Assembly (NCBI GenBank): GCA_965209055.1
Contig: OZ242374.1
Location: 4,064,001 to 4,128,000, forward strand
Length of the DNA: 64,000 nt
Direction: 5' to 3'
DNA from: Acidobacteriota bacterium
GTDB lineage: Bacteria; Acidobacteriota; UBA6911; RPQK01; JAJDTT01
Part shown: positions 1 through 8,079 of the stretch, piece by piece
How positions within the stretch are numbered: the stretch's first letter is position 1
Layout: every line of letters begins with the position of its first letter
Program-made: the position numbers and the translations under genes
The notes under the pieces: model-generated
Databases searched by the model: none
Told to the model about the DNA's origin: nothing
Seen by the model: only the letters and a program-made list of their open reading frames with translations

Positions 1-543
1 TACGACCTGCTCTGGTACGAGGCGCCGACTCTTGGATACCTGGGTCCCGCACCCCTCAAGGAGGTGGCGTCCCGGGTCAATATTCCCATCGGGACCGACG
101 TGGCCGGTATCAGCGACCTGGTCCAGGCCAGCCAGTACCTGCCCGGCCGGGCGGCCGGCGTCTACCAACCCGACGTGGGTTACTCCAGCGGGATCCTGGA
201 GGTGAAGAAGATGTCCGCCCTGGCCGACGCCCTGGGTGTTTTCTTCGCTCCCCACATGTCCCTGGGGCCCATCTGCATGGCGGCTTCGATCCAGGTCAGC
301 TTCACCGCGCCCGCCTTCCTGATCCAGGAGGCGTTCGCCGAATTCGCGTATCCCTCCTGGACCCGGGAACTGGTCACCGGATCAGCCCCCATCCGGGACG
401 GATACATCGAGTTGCCGGAGAAACCTGGCCTCGGTGTGGAACTCGACGTCTCGGTGGCCCGCCAGCACCCACTTAAGGGAGACCGGGTGATCGATCTCCT
501 GGCCGAAGGCTGGGAGGGGCGATCGGACGTGTTGAAGGCGTAA
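1..543 (+). CDS. Mandelate racemase/galactonate dehydratase-like enolase superfamily enzyme (5'-truncated by window edge)
   Basis: Frame open from base 1 (YDLLWYEAP...); QPDVGYSSGILEVKKM...APHMSLGP...FLIQE and GYIELPEKPGLG match the C-terminal barrel of DgoD-like acid-sugar dehydratases. Confidence 0.8.
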   Translation, partial: YDLLWYEAPTLGYLGPAPLKEVASRVNIPIGTDVAGISDLVQASQYLPGRAAGVYQPDVGYSSGILEVKKMSALADALGVFFAPHMSLGPICMAASIQVSFTAPAFLIQEAFAEFAYPSWTRELVTGSAPIRDGYIELPEKPGLGVELDVSVARQHPLKGDRVIDLLAEGWEGRSDVLKA

Positions 544-596
544 CCCTCGGAGGAGCGGAGTTCCGTTTCAAGGTCTAAGGTCGCCAACAGATGCAC

Positions 597-809
597 ATGC
601 GAATCATAGTGGATATCCCGGACCGTGAACTTAACGACGCTATACGATTCACCGACGCCAAGACTGAATCGGAGGCTGTCGTTCGAGCCGTGGCAGAATT
701 CAACCGCCTCTCCCGTTTGGTGGAGCTCACCCGATACTCTGGAACCTGTGTTGACTTGATCACGCCGGAAGAACTTCAGACCTCGCGCCGTGCAACGGAC
801 CACGAATAG
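597..809 (+). CDS. VapB-like (DUF2191-type) antitoxin, no cognate toxin adjacent
   Basis: MRIIVDIPDRELNDAIRFTDAKTESEAVVRAVAEFNR resembles the ribbon-helix-helix DUF2191 pattern; alternative start at 591. Confidence 0.65.
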   Translation: MRIIVDIPDRELNDAIRFTDAKTESEAVVRAVAEFNRLSRLVELTRYSGTCVDLITPEELQTSRRATDHE

Positions 810-877
810 GTCCAACTCCTTGAGGATCCCAACGACCCCACGGACGACGGTATTGCAGGTTTCCTACCTGCTCCTCT

Positions 878-886
878 TGTTATGAT
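878..886 (+). promoter_or_regulatory. Candidate extended -10 promoter (TGnTATGAT) for the MetE-like/SSS operon
   Basis: tgttatgat ~50 nt upstream of ATG 938; GAGGA RBS just before the start. Confidence 0.35.
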
Positions 887-937
887 CCCGCAAAGAAAAT
901 ACAAGGGAACCGGTGTCCAACCAGGCTGAGGATTGAT

Positions 938-1951
938 ATGGGGAAGCCATTTCGCACCACGGTGACCGGGAGCTATCCGCGTCCCGTGCAGCCGGAGGAC
1001 ACTCTGCGCAAGCCGGAACTCAGCCGTGAGGAGGCCGATGAGATCATCCGGTGGGCAGTGCGCGACCAGGTCGATGCAGGTCTGGACGTCGTCACCGACG
1101 GCGAGGGCCGGCGCGAGAACATGTACTACTTCGTCCAGAAGCGGGTGGACGGTATCAGCTTCGAAGAGATGACCTACCGGAAGTTCGGGACCGCCGGGTT
1201 CGGAATCGAGTTGGCGCAGGTGGTCGGTCCCCTCTCCAACCCCAGCGTCGGGCTGGCTCACGACTGGCGGGTGGCCCGGGATGCCGCTCCCGCGGGCGTC
1301 GAGGTCAAGATCACCTGCATCGGCCCGCATATGCTGGCGAAATTCTCGGACAACCGCCGGCCGGATCTGTACCCGGACGATTCCGCGCTCGCGGCCGGCT
1401 ACGCCCGGATCCTGAACCAGGAGTTTCGGGAGGCGGTCCGGGCCGGTTGCGAGTTCATCCAGTTCGACGAACCGGCGTGGACCGCATTTCCTGAAGACGC
1501 GGTCTGGGCGGCGCAAACCCTGAAAATTGCCACCGAGGGACTGGGCATACGATTCGGCCTCCACGTCTGCGGAGGGAACGCGTACCGCAAACGGGTCTAT
1601 TTCGCACGCTATACGGACATGGCCGAAGCCTTTCGCGCCGCTCCCGTCGACCAGGTCTCCCTGGAGCACTGCACCCTGGAATACGACATGATGCCTCTCT
1701 GGGAAAAACTGGACTTTCGGGGGGAGTTCGCCGTGGGAGTGCTGGATCAACGAAGTGACGAGATCGAGCCGCCGGAACTGATCGTCGAACGGACCCGGCC
1801 GGCCCTGGAGCATTTCCCTCCCGATCGCCTGCTGTTGGCGTCGGAGTGCGGCTTTCAGCACGTCCCGCTGGAGATCACCCGAAAGAAGCTGAGGACCCTG
1901 GTGGCGGGAGCCGAACGGGCTCGAAGTGTCCTGGTCCGTCCATCCGGCTGA
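938..1951 (+). CDS. Cobalamin-independent methionine synthase II family (single-barrel core MetE-like Zn thiol-alkyltransferase)
   Basis: TTVTGSYPRP, VVTDGEGRR, IQFDEPA; Zn ligands HVC, E (VSLE) and ECGF; 337 aa with no N-terminal folate-binding barrel. Confidence 0.85.
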   Translation: MGKPFRTTVTGSYPRPVQPEDTLRKPELSREEADEIIRWAVRDQVDAGLDVVTDGEGRRENMYYFVQKRVDGISFEEMTYRKFGTAGFGIELAQVVGPLSNPSVGLAHDWRVARDAAPAGVEVKITCIGPHMLAKFSDNRRPDLYPDDSALAAGYARILNQEFREAVRAGCEFIQFDEPAWTAFPEDAVWAAQTLKIATEGLGIRFGLHVCGGNAYRKRVYFARYTDMAEAFRAAPVDQVSLEHCTLEYDMMPLWEKLDFRGEFAVGVLDQRSDEIEPPELIVERTRPALEHFPPDRLLLASECGFQHVPLEITRKKLRTLVAGAERARSVLVRPSG

Positions 1952-1966
1952 GGAGTCGAGATAACC

Positions 1967-3898
1967 GTGGGCACCGTCTTCACACCTCTGGACACCGGCG
2001 TCTTCTTCGCCGCCCTGGCTCTGGTGATGGGCATCGGCCTGTTGGCGTCGCGGCGCGAAAACACGGCGGAGGCCTATTTTCTGGCGGGCCGCAACATCCC
2101 CTGGTGGGGCGTGGCCGGTTCCATCTACGGCAGCAACGTCAGCGCCAATCACATGATCGGGATGATGGGCATTGGCTTCAGCGTCGGTTTCGCCCAGAGC
2201 CACTTCGAGCTGGGAGCCATCGCCGGCCTCATGCTCCTCTGCTACGGGTTCCTCCCGGTCTATCGAAAGTTGAGGATCTACACCCTCTCCGAATACCTGG
2301 AGCGCCGGTACGACCAGCGCAGCCGGGCCGCCTACGCCATCATCCTGGTCATCACCATGGCTGTGGTCCAACTGGTGCCCGCGCTCTACATCGGCGCCCG
2401 TTCGAGTTGCGTGCTCATGGGCGGAGCCGCGCTCGAGGAGATCGGTCCGGAATCGATTCCTGGAGAGTTGCAGGACGGGGAGGCGGGGTCAGCCGGTTCG
2501 TCCGGCGCGCCGGCCAAGTCGAAGCTGGGCGTGAATCGTTTTCACTACAGCGTCTTCGTTCTGATCCTGGCCGCCATCGCCACCAGCTACACCATTTTCG
2601 GGGGACTCAAGGCGGTCATCTGGACGGACGTGATCCAATCGGTCCTGCTGCTGTTGGGCGGCATTTTACTGGCGATCCTCACCTTTGACCGGCTGGGAGG
2701 TTGGAGCGCGCTGATGGACCTGGATCGAGCGGGGGCGGGAAAGATGCACCTCTATCTGCCCAGCGACCATCCGGACCTGCCCTGGACCGGGGTTCTGACC
2801 GGCCTGATGGCTCTGCACATCTTCTATTGGGGAACGAACCAGTTCATCGTCCAGCGTGCGCTGAGCGCCCGGAGCGACTCGCAGGCGCGGCTGGGCATCG
2901 TAGCGGCGGGGTTCCTCAAGTTATTGATCCCCTTCTTTTCCATCGCCAGCGGAGTGGCTGCCTTCTATCTGTTCCAGTCCGAGCTCCCGAATCGTTCCGT
3001 GGCCCCCGACACCGCCTTCACCGAGTTGATCGTTCTGGTGATACAGCCGCTGGGATTCGGGCTCATCGGCGTGATCGCGGCCGGCGCCGTGGGAGCCATC
3101 CTGTCCTCCATCGATTCCATGATGAACTCGGCCGCCACCATCGTCAGCATGGACCTCTACCGCCGGTATCTCAATCCGCAGGCCAGCGACGCCCAGATGA
3201 TCCGGGTGGGACGATGGTCCATCCTGGGGTTTGTCTCCCTCGCCAGCCTGTTCGCGCTTTTCGTCATCGATCCCAACTCGGAGAAGAATTTCTTCCTTCA
3301 GATCGTCGACTACCAGGGCTACCTGACCCCCGGGCTCCTGGTGGTCTTCCTGCTGGGGTTGTTCTGGCGGCGGACGACGCCCACCGCGGCCTTCGTCACC
3401 ATCGTCCTGGGCGTTTTCTATTCCTGGGCCGTGGAGTGGATCTACGTCGCGTACCTGGCGCCATTGCCCGCGGTGGCGGCGGTGACCGGCGAGGTGCTCA
3501 ACTTCTTTCACCGGGTCGTCGCGGTCGTTGTGCTGTGCACGTTGACAGCGGTCCTGGTGAGCCGCTTGGGCAGTTGTCCCGAGGAAAAAGCGAAGCTGAC
3601 CTGGGCTGGAGTGCTCGCCATTTCCCCCGAAGCAGTCAGGAATCTGCTGGCAGGCCTGGTGGCTTGGCTGGGGATCATGGCGGCTCTGGCGGCGGCTGTG
3701 GCCGGCGGCGGACTGTCCCCGGTAGCGGCGGCCCTTCTCGGTTCGGTCCTGACCCTGGGGATGTTCTGGTTGCTGCTGAGGCGCCGGGCCCGGAGCCGAG
3801 GGCCCGTGAACCTGGTGTCCTGGGCCGTTCGCCAAGACCGATGTTGGGCCGGTTGCCTCTGCGCGGCCGCCGTCTTCTTCCTCTTCTATTTTTATTGA
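1967..3898 (+). CDS. Sodium:solute symporter (SSS, SGLT-like)
   Basis: YFLAGRNIPWW, TLSEYLERRY, GGLKAVIWTDVIQ, YWGTNQFIVQRALSA, ILSSIDSMMNSAAT; many TM helices. Confidence 0.92.
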   Translation: MGTVFTPLDTGVFFAALALVMGIGLLASRRENTAEAYFLAGRNIPWWGVAGSIYGSNVSANHMIGMMGIGFSVGFAQSHFELGAIAGLMLLCYGFLPVYRKLRIYTLSEYLERRYDQRSRAAYAIILVITMAVVQLVPALYIGARSSCVLMGGAALEEIGPESIPGELQDGEAGSAGSSGAPAKSKLGVNRFHYSVFVLILAAIATSYTIFGGLKAVIWTDVIQSVLLLLGGILLAILTFDRLGGWSALMDLDRAGAGKMHLYLPSDHPDLPWTGVLTGLMALHIFYWGTNQFIVQRALSARSDSQARLGIVAAGFLKLLIPFFSIASGVAAFYLFQSELPNRSVAPDTAFTELIVLVIQPLGFGLIGVIAAGAVGAILSSIDSMMNSAATIVSMDLYRRYLNPQASDAQMIRVGRWSILGFVSLASLFALFVIDPNSEKNFFLQIVDYQGYLTPGLLVVFLLGLFWRRTTPTAAFVTIVLGVFYSWAVEWIYVAYLAPLPAVAAVTGEVLNFFHRVVAVVVLCTLTAVLVSRLGSCPEEKAKLTWAGVLAISPEAVRNLLAGLVAWLGIMAALAAAVAGGGLSPVAAALLGSVLTLGMFWLLLRRRARSRGPVNLVSWAVRQDRCWAGCLCAAAVFFLFYFY

Positions 3899-3901
3899 CC
3901 A

Positions 3902-4016
3902 GGAGCGGGGCGGCGGTTTCCCAACCGCCGATTCTCCCAGGGGCGGCGGTTTCCCAACCGCCGATTCTTAGACCGTCAAGGACCGCTGCGCACGGGCGGT
4001 TGGAAATCGCCGCTCC
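3902..4016. repeat. REP-like palindrome cluster (two direct copies and one inverted copy) between convergent genes
   Basis: GGGGCGGCGGTTTCCCAACCGCCGATTCT at 3907-3935 and 3940-3968; inverted GGGCGGTTGGAAATCGCCGCTCC at 3994-4016. Confidence 0.85.
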
Positions 4017-4033
4017 GCACGCTTTCCCCGGCT

Positions 4034-4861
4034 TCACCCCTTGGTCTGTTTCCGGACGGCCCTCCGGACGCCGGCCCGGAGCAGGGACGGAAACAGGAGT
4101 TTGACCAGAGGGAGGAATCCCATGGCCTTGGGGATGTAGAGGTTCCCTCCCGGTCCCGGAAGCGCTCCTACGATTCGGCGCGAACACTCGCGGACGCTCA
4201 CGCCACGCTCCCGCCGGGACCGATGCGAGGCGGAGCCCAGGGGTGACCCGTCGGCCGAGAGGGCGTGAGCCCGGAGCCGGGTGCTCCGGATCCATCCCGG
4301 CATCACGTTCAGAATGCGGACCTGGCCGTGCAACTCGGTCCGCAACGTTTCCAGGAGACCGTCCAGGGCGTGCTTGCTGGCGGTGTAGCCGCTGTGAAAC
4401 GGCACGCCCACCCGGCCCTGGACGGAGGAGATGGCCACGATCATGCCGTGTTGCTCCTTCAAGGCCGGTAGCGCGGGATGGATGCAGTGGACGGCCCCCA
4501 GGTAGTTCACTTCCATGAGCGTTCTGTAAATCTCGACGTTGCGAACCTGGTCGAAGAGGGTCCACATGCTCACGCCGGCGCTGAGGATGAGATAGTCCAG
4601 GGCTCCGAATTCGCCGGTCACCTTCGAGACCATTTCGCGGCACTGCCGGGCGTCGGTGACGTCGGTGGGGACAACGAGGCAGCCGGCTCCGGCTCGCCGG
4701 ACTCCGGCGGCCGTTTCCTGGAGCGAATGCTCCGAGCGGGAACCCAATCCCAGGTTCATTCCCTGGGCGGCCAGATCAAGAGCCAGTCTCTTCCCCAGGC
4801 CGGAGGAGGCGCCGGTGATGAGTCCCGTCTTGCCGTGGAATTTGGATTTTCCTTTTGGCAT
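4034..4861 (-). CDS. Short-chain dehydrogenase/reductase, DHRS7/DHRS7B-like
   Basis: ITGASSGLG cofactor loop; IVAISSVQG (catalytic Ser); YTASK (YxxxK). Confidence 0.9.
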   Translation of the reverse strand: MPKGKSKFHGKTGLITGASSGLGKRLALDLAAQGMNLGLGSRSEHSLQETAAGVRRAGAGCLVVPTDVTDARQCREMVSKVTGEFGALDYLILSAGVSMWTLFDQVRNVEIYRTLMEVNYLGAVHCIHPALPALKEQHGMIVAISSVQGRVGVPFHSGYTASKHALDGLLETLRTELHGQVRILNVMPGWIRSTRLRAHALSADGSPLGSASHRSRRERGVSVRECSRRIVGALPGPGGNLYIPKAMGFLPLVKLLFPSLLRAGVRRAVRKQTKG

Positions 4862-4908
4862 GGATCAAGTCGTGAGGTATCTCGTCCCGGCTGCGCGCGG
4901 GTGGGCAC

Positions 4909-6651
4909 TCAGTCGCCCAGGACGTTGTTTCGAATGCCGAAGATATTGTTGGGATCGGTGGACCGCTTGATCTCCTTCAGGAGCCGAATACCTCGGGAAG
5001 AGAGAGTGTGTTTCATGAACCCACTGCGGAGTTTACCGACTCCGTGGTGGTGGGAAATGGACCCGCCCGCATCGATGATGGCCTGGCGCAGTGAATGCTC
5101 GATCTCGCTGAAAACGGTTTCCGGGTCGTCCACGCCCTTGGCGTAGAAGCCGAACATGAAGTAGATACAGACTCCCGTGTGGTAGACCTGGGTGATTCGA
5201 TAGGAGACATAGGGGCGTCCCGGCAGTTCCAGCTCTTGGTGCCGGGCCTGAGCCCGGGCCACGACGGCGTCGCAAACCTGGTGTATTCGGTTCCAGGGCA
5301 CCGAGGTCTCGAAGGTCTCTCCCAGGATGTGGAAGTCCGACAGGAAGTCCCGGATATAGGCGATGGCGAAGGTGAGCCGATAGCCGCGGCGGCCGTTCTC
5401 GGCGCCGCCCGGCAGGCCTCCGTACTCATTGGCCAGTTTGTAGAGGCCCTTTTCCTGAAAGGCGACCTCTTCCTGGGATCCTTCCATGAGGATGGTGGCG
5501 GCGGACATCTGATGGGGATCGAACCCCTTGACCTTGAGCACAAAGAATTTCTTCAGCTTGTCCAACCAGGCGGCCGATCCGGTGGGCCTCGGCTTCAGGG
5601 CCTGGCCGAAACGGAATTGCACGTTGTCCACCAGACGGATGCTGGCGGGTACGAATCTGGTTTCAGCCAAGCTCCGAAGGAAGGCGACACCCTTGGCAAA
5701 GTCAGGAAAAACGAGGGAGCCATACTTGCGGACCTGGGGCCGGGGATGGATCTTGATGATGGCGCTGGTGATGAGACCCAGGTTGCCTTCGCTTCCAAAG
5801 AAAAGACTCTGGGGTTGCATCCCCATGGAGACGCGGGGAGAGGCCGTCAGATGCTCCACCCGGCCGGTGGGCGTGATCAGTGTCACTTTTTCGACAATGT
5901 CCTCGATGTTGCCGTATCGATTCTTCTTCATCCCGCTGGCATTGGTGGCGATCCATCCTCCCAGGGTGGAGAGTTCGATGCTGTCGGGTTCGTGACCGGA
6001 GACGAAACCGGCCTTCCCGAGCTGGCGTTCCAGTTCCTCCCCCGTGATGCCCGCTTGGACCAGCGCCCGCTGGTTCTCGCGATCGATCCATTCGACGCGA
6101 TTCATCCGCCTCATGTCGACGGAAACGATCATGCGTTCTTCCGAGGCCGGAAGTTTCAATGCGCAACTGACGCTGGTGCCGCCGCCGTAGGGAACGAGGC
6201 AGACATCTTGTGTCCGGGCCAGCGCCACCAGCATCGCACAATCTTTCTCCGCTTCGGGGTAGATGACCATGTCGGCGACACGGTCCAGTTGGGAATAGAC
6301 GACCCGGAAGACTTCGTCGGCACTGGTCTGCCCGTGGCTGTGGATGAGTCTCTCGCGGTCGTCGAAGGTGTATTGATCGGGGCGGTAGAAATTGGCCAGA
6401 CGACGGCAGAACCGGGTGTTCTTTCTGGGGGCGGGCACCGGTTTGGGATCGACCTCGGGTCGTTTTTTCTTGAAATCGGGATCGAGTCCCAGGACTTCTC
6501 TCACGTACGGGAGGAAGTCGCGCATCTTGTAGCCGCACAGCTCGTAACGGTCACCGGTGAGTGTCACCGAGTCGTCGTCGTTGAGCACGAATCGGGTGTC
6601 GGCGAATCCCCAACGGTGCCCCCAGATCGGATCGTTTTCTCGACTGGTCAT
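4909..6651 (-). CDS. Alkyl-dihydroxyacetonephosphate synthase (AGPS/ADPS)-like FAD enzyme
   Basis: PYGGGTSVS, GHEPDSIELSTLGGWIATNASGMKKNRYGNIED, GSEGNLG, ASIRLVDN, CIYF and C-terminal SISHHHGVGKLR, all characteristic of AGPS. Confidence 0.88.
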   Translation of the reverse strand: MTSRENDPIWGHRWGFADTRFVLNDDDSVTLTGDRYELCGYKMRDFLPYVREVLGLDPDFKKKRPEVDPKPVPAPRKNTRFCRRLANFYRPDQYTFDDRERLIHSHGQTSADEVFRVVYSQLDRVADMVIYPEAEKDCAMLVALARTQDVCLVPYGGGTSVSCALKLPASEERMIVSVDMRRMNRVEWIDRENQRALVQAGITGEELERQLGKAGFVSGHEPDSIELSTLGGWIATNASGMKKNRYGNIEDIVEKVTLITPTGRVEHLTASPRVSMGMQPQSLFFGSEGNLGLITSAIIKIHPRPQVRKYGSLVFPDFAKGVAFLRSLAETRFVPASIRLVDNVQFRFGQALKPRPTGSAAWLDKLKKFFVLKVKGFDPHQMSAATILMEGSQEEVAFQEKGLYKLANEYGGLPGGAENGRRGYRLTFAIAYIRDFLSDFHILGETFETSVPWNRIHQVCDAVVARAQARHQELELPGRPYVSYRITQVYHTGVCIYFMFGFYAKGVDDPETVFSEIEHSLRQAIIDAGGSISHHHGVGKLRSGFMKHTLSSRGIRLLKEIKRSTDPNNIFGIRNNVLGD

Positions 6652-6744
6652 CGCTATTTCCCATTTTACTGCTTGTGCCCGGTCACTTGCTGAAGTATGG
6701 CCGTGGATCGGGACACCGATTCCCGTGTTCTCGCGTGCGAGTGG

Positions 6745-6780
6745 TCACACCGAAAGTGATTTTTCACACCGAACGTGTGA
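6745..6780. promoter_or_regulatory. Candidate operator upstream of the AGPS gene
   Basis: Direct repeat TCACACCGAA at 6745-6754 and 6764-6773; second copy is part of palindrome TCACAC-N5-GTGTGA (6764-6780). Confidence 0.4.
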
Positions 6781-6882
6781 TGCGCAACTCCGGGCGCTTC
6801 GAATCAAGAGAGGCCGTCCGGTCTACCATGGTCATCACACTGCCGCCGTCCGCCAGCGCCCGGATCGGCTGGCGCCATGCGT

Positions 6883-7749
6883 TCAACGGACGAATCGAAA
6901 CCGGATTTCCCGGCGGGAGCGCGCGTGCCACCAGGTCTGGAAGTCCTCCGCGGGTCGAATTTCCGGGTTCAGGATACGGGCTCGAAGGGTGACCGGCAGC
7001 GGGTCCTGATCGAAGGGGTACGGGTCGACGGCGACTCGGCGTTCGCCGGTCGGAAGAACACGGAGTGAGACTCGATCGTTCCAACACCTGCGCGGAATCT
7101 CCCGGAGAGTTCGCTCCTTGTCTCCACCGAAACAGAGGTGGAGCGACAGCGCGTCGCAAAGTTGCAGCAGGCGGATGTGAGGGTTCAGGTGGCGCGGCTT
7201 GACGGCGGCGGCCCATTCGGGATCGCGCTTGATGCGTTCCGTGAGCAATCCCTGCAGAGCCTTTTGTTCGGCAACGAACTCCTTGGCTTCTTCCAGTTCT
7301 CTGCCTTTGGGTGGAGGCCACTCAGCGGGGATTCCGAACAGGGGATGGAGGAATGCCGGCGTGTGCCCGGCCTGGACGCGTGGCGCGTGCAGCCAGTAGG
7401 CATGCAAGCTGATGAGCAGGGCGATATAGGGATGGTGGTGCCGGAAGCGGGATACGCCCAAGTGCCACCGCCGGAGGCCGTCGGACTGTTTGAGGCTCGT
7501 CAGATCCAACGGGAGGCCGTCGGAGGGGTCGATTTGGGGGTCGGCCTCCCACTCCCACCAGCCGTTGTCGTGCTCGGCGATGGCGAGGACGGTTTCGGCT
7601 CCCAGCGCTTCGGGGTCGGGGAAGGGTGCGTATCGACCGGGGCGGGCGAATTCGTGGTTGCCCCAGTGGGCGGCCAGGTAGCCGGCGGCCGCAGCGTGCT
7701 CCGGCTGCGAGATGCACCAGAGTTCGCCGCCCACCGTGCGCTTGAGCAT
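6883..7749 (-). CDS. DUF3891 family protein
   Basis: Start refined to ATG 7749 (MLKRTVGG); ISQPEHAAAAGYLAAHWGN, AIAEHDNGW, LLISLH, LQLCDALSLHLC, VDPYPF. Confidence 0.8.
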   Translation of the reverse strand: MLKRTVGGELWCISQPEHAAAAGYLAAHWGNHEFARPGRYAPFPDPEALGAETVLAIAEHDNGWWEWEADPQIDPSDGLPLDLTSLKQSDGLRRWHLGVSRFRHHHPYIALLISLHAYWLHAPRVQAGHTPAFLHPLFGIPAEWPPPKGRELEEAKEFVAEQKALQGLLTERIKRDPEWAAAVKPRHLNPHIRLLQLCDALSLHLCFGGDKERTLREIPRRCWNDRVSLRVLPTGERRVAVDPYPFDQDPLPVTLRARILNPEIRPAEDFQTWWHARSRREIRFRFVR

Positions 7750-7784
7750 GGTTCCTCGGAACGGGTGATCCTGAGGCCGGAAGA

Positions 7785-7988
7785 TCAGCCTTTCGAAAGG
7801 CGGCCGGCCCTCCAGAGCAGGAAGCCTGCCGCTGAGAGCAGGAACAGCGTCAGCAGCAGCTTCACCGGCCAGAGATCGAAAGTGTAGTAAAAGGAGGCCA
7901 ACAACAAGAGGCCCACAAGCAACAGGAGCCAACCGCTGTATCGATATTCGCCGCGCCGTTTCCGCTCCTGGCTATCTCCGGTTTCCAT
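7785..7988 (-). CDS. Small two-TM membrane protein
   Basis: 67 aa with two hydrophobic helices; fills the gap in a co-oriented gene run. Confidence 0.55.
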   Translation of the reverse strand: METGDSQERKRRGEYRYSGWLLLLVGLLLLASFYYTFDLWPVKLLLTLFLLSAAGFLLWRAGRLSKG

Positions 7989-8079
7989 GCCTTTGGCAGC
8001 CTAGCAGCCTGAAGCCCAAGTCTCTACCGCTCCACCGGTGGCGTGGCGACTCCGTTGTCGGAACCGGGATTCCGCCGAG

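Noticed and set aside
938-1951. Assigning the symbol metE
   Set aside because: Lacks the N-terminal barrel of folate-dependent MetE; function within the family is uncertain
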